From Felis catus (lineage: Eukaryota), in assembly GCF_018350175.1 (NCBI RefSeq), contig NC_058368.1:182592001-182656000 (forward strand): a stretch of 64,000 nucleotides of DNA, given 5' to 3'. Below, in pieces: positions 1 to 11,500 of the stretch. Below the pieces are notes generated by a model. The model had not been told where the DNA came from and made no database searches. It saw only the letters and a program-made list of their open reading frames with translations. The translations under genes and the position numbers were made by a program. Position 1 is the first letter of the stretch. Each line of letters opens with the position of its first letter.

Positions 1-1574
1 TTTGTTAATCTTGACAGATTATAACCTCAGGTGCGCTCTGTGTCGGGAAGTCTTTGTGTGTATCTTGACACAAGGTTTAGTGTCAATTCCAATGCTCAGT
101 CTGCTGTGAAGACATTCTACAGTATCTCTGGCCTCACTATATATCACTCTTGTACATGTACCTAGATTCTGCTGAAGCAGAGAATCTAATCCAAGTGGTT
201 ATTACTTCACTGAGCAGCCATAATGCTCTGTGAGTTTTGTTATTGTTTGGTGGGGGATTTTGATAAAGAAATTTAAAATAGTACGTTAACAATTTTTCCA
301 AAATATCAAATTCTTATACTTCTATTGAGCGACAAGTTTATTAACAGTTCTTTCTTGGTAGCATACCAAGTACATGTTGTTGATCCCTGATGTTTAATTC
401 TCATTCCAGGAAGCTTAATTTTTAAATCACAGCACTTGGTATTTTAGCTTCTCTGAGTTTTTCCAGGCATGAAAATAAATCAAATAAATATAAGGCTTGC
501 CTATTTTAAAGTGATTTTTAAAATTTTCAGAAGTACTATTAATCTTCTTGCCCTGGAATTCTAATACCCAGAAAACCACCATAATTAATCCTTTTTAACA
601 TCTCTCCATTTCATCCTTTACTTTTTATATTGATTAATGTTAGCATTTAACCCAGTATGGATTTCCAACCATATCATGGTTCCAACATGAGTCAAGAAAT
701 TCAGTTCTATTTTATTTATACAAGGGTAAGAACCTCTCACTGTAAAGGGTTTATATCTGAAACATTTTTTTTGAACCATCAGGGCTATTACAACCTAACC
801 CCCTACCTCCTGCCCTGGAGAGTCACCCTGGCTTTTGGTCCTTTATTTATAAAGCAGTTCCAAATTCAGGTAGATCCTGTGGATGAGTGAAGCAGGCATG
901 GCACAACGACTGGTATGAGTAGGACTTTCAGCTATTGGAAGGTAGTGGTGGCTAATGGAGATAACTGTCACATGTGAATGTGGATTTGGGGTCACTACAG
1001 TTTCTAATTTATAAGGAAGGCCAGAAATCCAGAATGTTGAACTACTGACAACTAGTTTATATAGAAAATTATAGCACTGCACAAACATTAACGTGGACCA
1101 GATCTGGTCTGAGACTGGGAAACAACCACAGCTTTCCATCGTTCCTTGCTTTCTGGTTTGGAAGCAGTGCCTTCACATTAGCTTTGACACTTCTCGTTCC
1201 CTTGAAACTTTCCTTCCGGCTTCCCTTACTGGCTCTGCCTGAGCCCAGAGATTCTACACCATGGCACTCCTCCTCTTGGGCTACAACCCTACAGGCTCAC
1301 CCTAGACTGGTCGTAGGACCCCCCACAGCCTTACCTTTAGATTAAGCTGCCAGCCCTTGGTGCTTGATCTTTTAGGATAGTCCTCAAATTATTCACTTTG
1401 TCTCTAGTTTCTCTCTACTTTAATATAACCTCTCACAAGTGACAGATTAATCTTCCCATATAGTAGCTTTCATTGTATCACTATCTTGCTAAAAAGCCTT
1501 TAATTGCTTCACATTTCATAGAAGAAGAGATTCAAAATCTCACATTAATAAATTCTAGCCCATCACAAGGGCTT

Positions 1575-1683
1575 ACCATGACCCAATCACTGTACCTAAG
1601 TGCTTTACATGCATTATCTCATTTAATTATTGCATTGAGGTAGATATTATTACCATTATTCTATGGATGAAGAAACTGAGGCT
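1575..1683 (-). mobile_element. MIR SINE fragment
   Basis: aagtgctttacatgcattatctcatttaat...gatgaagaaactgaggct matches the reverse complement of the MIR core. Confidence 0.75.
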
Positions 1684-1789
1684 AATCTCCCAATGACCTC
1701 ATTTTATGTAATGAAAAAAAAATACATATAACACTACACTAGCCTGGAATTGTGTGTTTAAAAAAAAGAAAAATATCCCAATTCCTATT

Positions 1790-1925
1790 AGAGCTCTGCC
1801 CATTACTAGCTGGGTACCTTTTAGAGACTCCCATAAACTCCCCAAGCCTCATCCTCATCATCTACAAATGAGAAAAACAGTACCTATCCCTCAAGATTAT
1901 TTGGGACAAAATGAAATGGTTTAAG
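1790..1925 (+). mobile_element. MIR SINE fragment
   Basis: gctctgcccattactagctg...catctacaaatgag...gtacctatccctcaag resembles the MIR core. Confidence 0.65.
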
Positions 1926-2099
1926 TATAATACTCTACCAATGAAGGTTGATATTATTGGCCTAAAACAAACTAGAACTTTGCACTTCCCACTAAATCAA
2001 CTGTTTAAGAAGAATACTCAGTTAAATGTGCCACGGGCGGAACTGGAGATTGACTATGTAATTTGACTTCAGGGATGTTCATATGACCACGGTAGAGCC

Positions 2100-2700
2100 T
2101 TTTTCACTTACTCATTCAACATATTGACTGAATGCACCGCATATGTGAGATACTACCTTTATGGGAGAGGCAAACGTGAAGGTTTACTTCTGGGTTTATG
2201 TCATAAGAAATAGAGGAAGAGGAGCATGTTTGGGGGAGGGTGGAGAATGAGTGCAGTTGTGAAGCTATTAATATTTGTGATATCTCAGTTGACATCTAAG
2301 AGAAATATCAGAAAGCCAAGTCATATAAAGTTCCATGGCTCAGAAGAGAAGGCTGGGCTAGACAGGGAAATATAGGCATCTTATATTTTATTTAAAGGAA
2401 GAGGATAGGATGAGAAGATCTGCAAGTAGAGAGAAATAGATGTATATATAGACAGAGTGCTGAGTAATTCCAACATTCTGAGGTTAGGTAAGAAGGAGGA
2501 GACAGAAAAGGTGACGTAAAATGAAGTCAAAGAAGCAGGACGACCATCAGTAGAATGCAGTGTTAAAAAGGTCGTCTAACTATAATCAAAAATTTTAGAA
2601 GGGGCAGGTAAGGTGTGGATTGAAATGAGGCCTTTTCATGAGGTGACCTGGAAGCTTCTGGGGACCTTAGAGAAGTATTAATGAAATGAGGAGCCAAACA
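2100..2700 (-). mobile_element. LINE-2 fragments
   Basis: ttcacttactcattcaacatattgactg (L2 3' end, reverse) followed by degenerate purine-rich L2-like sequence. Confidence 0.55.
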
Positions 2701-3870
2701 TAGAAAGCACTGTTCTGCCCCCTTCTTAACCTATACAGGAAACTTATGCTTTGTAACCTTGTAAACTACTGCTCAAGATTTCTGGTTGACCCAAGGGGAA
2801 AAAAGTTCATCAACAATTGTGATAATCTGAAGGTCCGTGCGAACACTAAAGGCTTGAAAGAGAGTTTTTGGATATGTGGCTAGGGGAGGTTGGGGGTTGG
2901 GGGGAGAGGGTGAGGGCCGAAATGACTGGCAGTGCTAAAAGACAAAATCTCACCCTACTTTTGCCAAGGGACTGACCTGTTTTAGTTTCCTAAAGTTTTC
3001 ATGACTCCTAAACTACACCTCATTTCATGCCAGTGTTGAACTAACCTTTATCTTAGGAATCAAACACGAGAGACAAAGCTTCCTGAAAAGTGTGATTCCT
3101 CAGGGAAAATAGCTAATCAGCAAAATAGCATTTTCCTTTTCCTCGAGTGCAAAGTATGCTGATTTGATTTCTAAATGCTATGGTTACCATCAAAATGCTG
3201 ATGAAATCAACTCTACACACCCTGCCTTATGGGCATTCCTTGTGCCCAAAAGTGAGAAGCAGGAGAAAGACAGGCTTGTTCAAAAATCTCTTCCACCCTT
3301 TTCTCTCTCCTTGAAATATTTCACTAGTATTGTTATTCTTCATCTCTGAAGTCACTGTTACCTTCCATGTACCGTGCCAGTGCTGACATATCAGTCAACC
3401 AAAGAGACAAAATATCCTCCTCTCATATTGCTTATAGTTAAGTGGGAAAATGATTAAGACATTACCTCAGGGGGAGAAAAAATCATGCACATCCCAGATA
3501 TGTTATTCTGTGAATGTGAATGAGTAAGCACATTGGCCCAATATAATTCATTACTATTTATTAACTTATTAGTACTATTTTGTTGTGAGAGTATCTAGCT
3601 GAAACATCAGAAAGTGGGAGCAATGGAAGCAGGAACAGGGGCAGGCAAGTTCTGAAGGCAGGAGGAGACAGAATTTTGGAAAAGATTGGGAAAATGACAG
3701 AATCCCAAAGAGATCAGATCATTTTCTATTGTTAATAGCAGTTAAAAATACTGAGAATTTGGAATCACTACTTTAAATGGTGAGAGTTTCAAGCAAACCC
3801 ATCCCTCTAAAGTCACATTTCTGCTAAAAGTTTATGAAGCTGGAATGCATTCAAACCAGCACACTCTTCC

Positions 3871-4400
3871 CTACCTTGGTTATTTTAAATAACAATACAA
3901 TAAACAGAGGGGTGCACATGTCTTCTCAAATTTGTGTTTTGGTTTCTTTGGGTAAACACCCAGAAGTGGAATTACTGAATTGTATGGTATTTCTGTTTTT
4001 AATTTCTGGAGGAACCTCTACTCCGTGTTCCGCAGTGTCTGCAACAATTTGCATTCCCACCAACAGTGCACACAGCTCCCTTTTCTTCACATCTTCACCA
4101 ACATTTGTTATTTCTTGTCTTTTTAATACTAGCCACTTTGTAAGACATACAAATTTCCCAGTATAAAATATGTAAGTCACAGGGATAAAAGTACAGCATA
4201 GGGACTATGGTCAATAATATCGTAATAACATTGTACGGTGACAGATGATAACTGCACTTATTGTGGTGAGTGTTATGGCATGCACAGAATTGTTGAATCA
4301 CTATGTTGTACACCCGAAACTAAGTTAGCACTGTATGTCAACTATACTTCAATAATTAAAATACAAATGTAAACAATTAATGAGTTAAAATAATTTAAAA
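3871..4400 (+). mobile_element. 5'-inverted L1 (carnivore/L1MA-like 3' end)
   Basis: 3871-4140 is L1 ORF2 C-terminal sequence on the minus strand; 4143-4400 is an L1 3' UTR plus A-rich tail on the plus strand. Imperfect TSD agcacactcttcc (3858-3870) / agcacacgctttc (4401-4413). Confidence 0.85.
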
Positions 4401-5289
4401 AGCACACGCTTTCACTTAATATTAATATAGACTCAGTCTGTCCAAGCTTTAATTGGCTAGAGGGACAAAAAATAAAAGGCATGTAAACAAGCTATATCAG
4501 TAAAGAAAATAAGGTACCTACTCTTCCAAATATTCCACACTGAACTGATGGACTATTCTTGACAAGAGAAGAAACTGTCCAACAAAACTCTGCACGTGAA
4601 TATTAGTAAGCAGTTAGCGTATTTTCAAATTCTCATTCCTTCCAGATTTGCATGTTGAAAAAGTGATTTACTAAATGACTAATGGAATGAAGACTCTAAC
4701 CCAGTCTGGCAAACAAGAAAGCTAATTAGTGGCAATAATTTACTTCTGGTTGGAAATTCATAATTTGCTGGGTCATGACCTATAATTAATATATTTTCTG
4801 TGTTTCTTTCTCTAAGATAATTGATGGTGCACATTGAGTGTTGCTTTAGGAAAACTTATGTCTTAAATGCAATTAAAATTAAACCATAATCTTGTGTAGG
4901 TAAATTATGTAAGACATTTCAAATCAAAGAATCTGCAAATTAGTGTCTCACAATAACAGTAGAAGAATTAAATGTCTTATTTAAAACCACACTGAGTAAA
5001 CATAACCTTATAGGGAAAAAAATTTGTTTTCTGAAATGGCATTAAAAATATAGCCATGACACCTCACTGCTAAAGAGAAAATATTTGCCCAAGTTATCAA
5101 TTAGTATAATACAATGAAAACAGTAGACAATTTATTGTTACGGAGCTTCTTTAGGTATTGAAAATATTTTAAAATAAGAGAACAGAATTTAATATAATAA
5201 AATTCTTATACTCAATATCTGGAACTGACCATTGCTAGTTTTTTTATGTTACCATCATGTTTTTTTTGCTGAAAAATAAAATATTATTG

Positions 5290-5600
5290 AGATAAGTCAT
5301 ATCCTCCTGTGCCTTTCCCCCAGAGGCAATTAATATCATTGATTTAGCTGAGTCTGTTTTAATAAATTATCATACTTATCTTTATATATGATCTATTCTG
5401 TGTGTATGTTTTATAATATTTTACATAGGTACCATTCTAGTGCATACATTATTCTCTAGTTTGCCTTATAACTCAATTATGATTCTAGAATCAATCTTTA
5501 TGTGTGTAGCCTGTTTTTTAATCAAAATCATGGTTTTGAAATTTGTCAGTATGTGTGTTTCCATGTCTATTCTATTCCTGTTAACAGATATCCTTTTGCG

Positions 5601-5645
<45 letters not shown>

Positions 5646-6090
5646 GCCCATTATGCAAATTATGGACCTTTAGGTACTTTCTCTTTGTGCTATTTTGAAG
5701 CCTGTTACAGTAAACATACCTGTACATCTCCCTGTGGTAAAGTTGTGTAACTGTTTCTTTAGAGGAAAAACATGGAAGTGAAACTTTTTGTAATGTACAG
5801 TTAGAATTTCACTGACAATGCCAAATATTCTCCAAAGTGGTTATTCCATTTCACCCTCCCACAGCAGAGAGTTTACAATCATTGCCAATATTTTATATTG
5901 TCCAACTTTAAAATGGTTATCAATCTGATGGGGGGAAAGAGTACCTTGTTTTATTCACTTGTTTGCATAGATGTTTTGTATGTTTCTGATCATTAATAAA
6001 GTTCAGAATTGCTTCCTGAATTAATGTTCTTTGGCATTCTCTTTTGTCACTTGTATGATCATACTCCTTTGTCCATTTTTTTTCTAATTA
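5290..6090 (-). mobile_element. Old L1M (L1ME-like) 3' fragment
   Basis: Degenerate antisense L1 motifs such as ccaaatattctccaaagtggttattccatttcaccctcccacagcag. Confidence 0.6.
5603..5642. repeat. (CA)n microsatellite
   Basis: About 19 perfect CA units. Confidence 0.97.
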
Positions 6091-7989
6091 GCAGTTTAAA
6101 GAATTATTTGCCCTTCCAAAGAATTTTAAAAATAAATATATCTTTGATAAATTAAAACCAATACAGGCTATAAGAAGTAAATTTAAGCTTTTCATTTAAC
6201 CTTACCTGACTGCCATTCTGACCAAATCCTTTTTAAGAATGCTAGGGAACTTGGAAGATTTTATAGAAACAGGGCTTCATGCTGCAAATAGCTTGGTATT
6301 TGCTAAAGTCCTCAAAATAATTTCATTTAGAACCTAGGGGCTTTGCACAGGAATTGTCCTGTCACTTACAAATATGCCCATACCAACACTGACATTGCTT
6401 CTAGCAGTCCCTTTTAGGAGGCTGCAACCAAGTGGAATGTGGCATATGTCAAAGTGATGGGTATGAAGAGATTCAGGGCTCTTAAATAACATCATTACTT
6501 TGTAGGGACTGAACCTTGTACAGGGGTTTCCTGCAATCTGATCTTTACCAATAAATCTTTCACAAATCTCCACCTAGTATTCTCATGATTGCTGCAAAGA
6601 TGCAATTAAAGGGATATCTGAGGGCAAAAAAAAAAAAAAAAAAAAAAAAAGAAGAGTTTCTAGAGGGGATTGGAGAGGAAGATGGAACTTGAAATTGTTA
6701 AGGCATACAATGACAAACTAAAACATAGCAAACATTATATGCATGTATATGTACATATATATGCATATACCTGCATGTATGCATATACTCATGCATACAT
6801 GGCTCTGAGAATGTGTTCAGCAGAGCACTAATCTCCAGCAAACAGCTCATTGAGTCTATAAAATTTACATCCAAATTTATTTCATTTGCTCAAATGAATC
6901 ATTATTTACATAACCTATCTGGAAAGGATTCTTTTAGGTAGGTATTGTCAATATGATTAGAATTTAATATTTATATAACCCCAACAATGCACTAGGTACT
7001 GCAAAATTGATGAAATTGAAGCAAAATCATAACTTTCACATTTATCTACCTAAAGATAATATTTTCCTACCTCTGACTGCTGTATTTTCAGTTACTGAGA
7101 AAAAGCTCTATTGAGGCTGCTTTCTAAACACGCAAAGATTAAATTTGCTGACTTATATTTAGACAGTAACTACATAGGTTGTAAGACTGTGAGAATAATA
7201 AAATGAAGTGAAAGGAAAACTGGAGGTGGAGGAAGTAACAAAGCCTTACACTTTTGAAAAAGAAAATATTGAATCAGATTAAGTATTAAAGAGTTGAAAC
7301 AGAATTTTGAACAAGTTGTTATCACAAAATTCAATTCAATAAATATTTATTAAGTGCGTGATTTGTGAATTCTAAGGTCACCCCTAATTCATTGGTTCAA
7401 TAAGTCAGTTGCTTTCTGAGGTAATAATAATAATTATTATTATTATAATTATTATTATTGTTGTTAGTATTTAAAATCCTGATATGCCACCTAAATTGTT
7501 TTCATATACGTGTATATATATACATACATGCATATATATGTATATATATCTGTAAATGTATATATAAACCATAGATGCTTACAACTTAGTAGATGGTGAT
7601 GTTAGTTTCCATATCCACTTTTCAATGAGGATGAAATCAAAATTAAGAACAGTGAACTGGGAAGGAAGGGATATAGTCCAAGGAGGCTACAATTTGGTTG
7701 AGGAAAGGAATCAGATTTGAAGATCATGATAAATAAGTATAAAAATAAATACTTTATATCTTTCCTGTTTTAAATATAACTTTTATTATTATAAAATCTG
7801 TATAAAATATTTAGGAACCAAAAAATTGGAAAAGGGGGGAAAATTCCCAAAATTTACACCAAATTTATTTATATGATAGAACCCTAATAAAGTATTTACT
7901 ACTCTTCTACTTTTCGTGTGTGTGAGCACATGTATGGGTACATATAGTGTTTAATATGGGATTTTCTAGACATTATCTTTTGTAATTTG

Positions 7990-8215
7990 TTTTTTTTTTT
8001 AATTTTTATTCATTTTTGAAAGAGAGAGAGAGAGAGACAGAGACAGAGCAAGAGTGTGGAAGGGCCAGAGAGAGAGGGATATACAAAATCTGAAGCAGGC
8101 TCCAGGACCTGAGCTGTCAGCACAGAGTCCAACGTGGGGCTTGAACCCACAAATCATGAGATCATTACCTGAGCCAAAATCGGATGCTTAACCAACTGAG
8201 CCACCCAGGCGTGCC
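7990..8215 (-). mobile_element. Can-SINE (felid type)
   Basis: T-rich tail, (GA)n tract, ctgagccacccaggcg head; imperfect TSD tgtaatttg/tgtagtttg. Confidence 0.95.
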
Positions 8216-9699
8216 TGTAGTTTGGAGTTTTAAATAAGCACTTATATGTATATACGCACACACATTTCCAAGTCAATTTAGATTTGCACCATACTATTAG
8301 TAGATGCTTGCCTTTCACTGCAAATTGTGTTATTATTTTTTGTCACCCATTATTTCTGAGATTTTTTTCTTTCTTTCTTTTTGTTTTTAATAGCAATGCT
8401 TTACTAAGCATTTTTGTCTTTGTACTATTTTCTGGTTATTTTCCTGGCACCCTATATATACAGTTTTGCCTCTAAGATTCTGGCAAAAATAATTTCTAAA
8501 AAGCATCTCTGAATAAATGGAGACAGAGGTGGAACACATTCATAGAGACACTGAAAATTTCAGGCTATGTTTCAAGTGTATAGAACCAAAGAAAACAGTT
8601 TTCCAAAAGCACAAATTTTAATCAAATATGTTACCACTTTGTAACATGTTTCTTGAAATACTTGTGCTTGAAATTGTATCTAAAAATGCCTTAGTTACCA
8701 TTAATAACCAGAAGATACATGAGAAGTATTAAAAACATGAACAGCTTAGGCATCACCAAGCCAGACGTGATGACAACTCAAAGGGCAATGGAAGCTGTCT
8801 ATTATCCGTATTATCTATACTGGCTGATTTCAGTTCTTATTATCATGTAATTTAAATTTAGGCATATGCTCATATCAATTGGTGAACCTAAGATTTGATT
8901 CAGAGTTAACTTTACAAGACCTGAGCTAAGCTGAATATCTAATAAGTATGGAAAATTTTTAGTTTTCATTTGGTTTTGGTTTGTTTTTTATAATAAGACC
9001 AAGACTGTCCAAGTCCCATTAATTCCAGCAGAAGGAATTAAAATAATCTATATTAGTCATGAATGGGAGATGTCACCTGTCATCAGATTTTGGTCCTATC
9101 TGGGGGAACTGTTCAATAGTGTGTTTTATAATTCACACAGAATTACTGGAGTGTAGATTACTAAATAGGAAGGCACTTAGAGCAAAGGAGCATTACAAAA
9201 ATAACACTGAATTGTAAGAGATTTGTGCTTTGCACCAGTGCTATTTGATGGTCTAGAAAAGTCAGAGGACTTACAGTCTAAGACCCTTAGGTTATACCTT
9301 ATCTCTAATAGAAGAAAACTTTTAACTTTAGATAAATAATTGAACCTTGGTATCCTCATGTGTAAACTGCCTATCTACTCAATCTCAATGTCATGAGAAT
9401 AAAATGCATGTATATATAAAAACACATCAAAGTTCTCAGTAAACTCAAATATACATATTACATTATAATACCAAAATTTACAATTCATCAGGAAATGCAA
9501 TGCAGTCTTTCCTATTAAAATCCCTACAAAATGACTGTGAAGTTGACTCCCACAACATGGGATCAAATATCAAAATCTGATGTCAAAAGTCTGTATGATG
9601 TTCTTCCCTTTGAAAGAAATCTTTCAGTCTGTCAGGCAGTCAGTTAAGAGTAGGTAATTTTATTGAGTGCTCTCTCTGCCAGGATATTGAATTCCCTCA

Positions 9700-10400
9700 C
9701 CCTTCTCAAAAGCTTTATGTTATCTTTGACTCTTACCTCTCCTTTTTGTTCCATGCCTATCAGTTATGAAACGGCATGGGACAGCCTCCATTGCTCCTGA
9801 TTTTGCTGTTCTGGACCCATGAGCTCAGCTGTATTTCATTTCCTGTCCTTGATGTCAATAAGATTGCTAATTCTATCCTTACAAAAAAAGCATTACTCTA
9901 ACCAGTTTCAAGATGTTTTTGATCCTTACAACCAAAATAGCCATGATTAGAATACTTTCTGGCTTCACTCCTCCACATGCAATCTACTTTCTATGGAAAC
10001 TATCATTTCCTTTGGAATCCCCAATACCCTATATCTCCACTTGTGTATTACTTTTTTTATCTCTGTCTGTTGAAATTGTAACTCTTTTTAAAAAGCCTAG
10101 TTTAAATGCTATTGCATTAAAGAAAGCTTGTCTCATTCAGGCCACCAGGCTGTGAGATCCTGCATTGTTTTGTTTTGGTTTTTCATCTCTTATAATGACT
10201 CCCTACATCCTATATTTTGCCAATTGCTATGTTACAAGGCTTAGGTTATCCTTCATGTGTTGTCCATCCTTCACCCTCAAACAGTAGATCACTGGGTATT
10301 TGAGAACAGGGGATGTTTTCTACTCATTTATAAGACCTAGATATTTAGCGTGGCATCTTAGTTACTGTAAGAATAGATACAAGTGGGGGGGGGGGGGAAG
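9700..10400 (+). mobile_element. LINE-2 fragments
   Basis: Degenerate pyrimidine-rich L2 body ending in gagaacaggggatgttttctactcattta... Confidence 0.45.
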
Positions 10401-11199
10401 ATGACAAAGTGAAAGAGTGAGAACTACACAGTATACTATAGAACACCTTCTAGGAAATGTTTACAACACTGAAAACGTGTTACCAGGAAAACCTTTGACT
10501 GAAATCCTAAGTGGCAATGTGTTACTTTACAAGTCCTACTCTTTGAAATATTATTGTAATGTCTTCTTTTTCACTTTCTCTTCAGTGTCTGGTAGGCATG
10601 GAGCCATCTCAGAAGCACTCTGAGACACCAGCCAATGGCAGGACCCTAACCACAGACCCAAAACTAATTTAATTTAAAGAACACATTAGTATGATTTACA
10701 TTCTGTTTTTGGGTAACATTTCAAAAGGGAGGTGTACAATCCTCCAGCAATTCACTGATGAGACAGATATGAATGAAAAATTGACAAGTAGCTGTGATAG
10801 AGCCAGTTGGAGCAACAGAAAGAAGAAAGAAAGAAATTTTAGAAGCATCAGATAAGTGAATTTGGAGCCTATATTGACAATTAAGATAGCCAACATTATC
10901 ATCATTCATCATTCCCAGTCGAATTTTTCACAGTAGGTGATACTGTTCAGCTGAAGAAACCAATTTGTCTATTCATTTCAACTCAATTATTCATAAATTC
11001 TGCCTCACTAAGTGGACATAAGAGACCCAATGGATGATGAAATCTAGAAGCTGAGATCATATCCAATATTACACTACTGAGTTGGAAGGGACCTTAGAGG
11101 GTCATTTTTTTTCTTAGTTTCCTTCCCACAGAAAAAAAGTCTCTGTTGAAAAGTCCTTGGCAGATCCATGTTAATCTCCAGGTAGTCAAATGACTTGTG

Positions 11200-11500
11200 C
11201 ATTTTGTGATTCAGATTTCTTCACAGATATCACCTAAGGACTTCCCTGAACAGGCCATCTAAATCGGACTTTTTTGAATCATTTGTTATAGCATTGTCTC
11301 GTTTTCTACATAGTGCTTACTGCTGTATAACATAATAGCATTTATTTAGTTATTTATGTATTTATTTATTTACTGTCAATCTTTACCCGATAGATTGTAA
11401 CATCCGTAAGAATAAGGACCTTGTTTAGATTGTTCACTGATGTATCTAACGTATCTAAAACAATTCCAGGCAAATGGCAGAAATCTTACTAATGTGTAGT
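11200..11500 (+). mobile_element. LINE-2 3' end
   Basis: tagattgtaacatccgtaagaataaggacc...tgttcactgatgtatct...caattccaggcaaat. Confidence 0.65.

Noticed and set aside
1096..1109. 14-bp palindrome gaccagatctggtc and other short hairpins (about 163-188 and 39927-39946)
   Set aside because: Several of this size are expected by chance in 64 kb, and they are too short for pre-miRNAs.
2882..2916. G-quadruplex-like G-runs (also about 33947-33972)
   Set aside because: Common low-complexity motifs with no CpG island or other supporting context.
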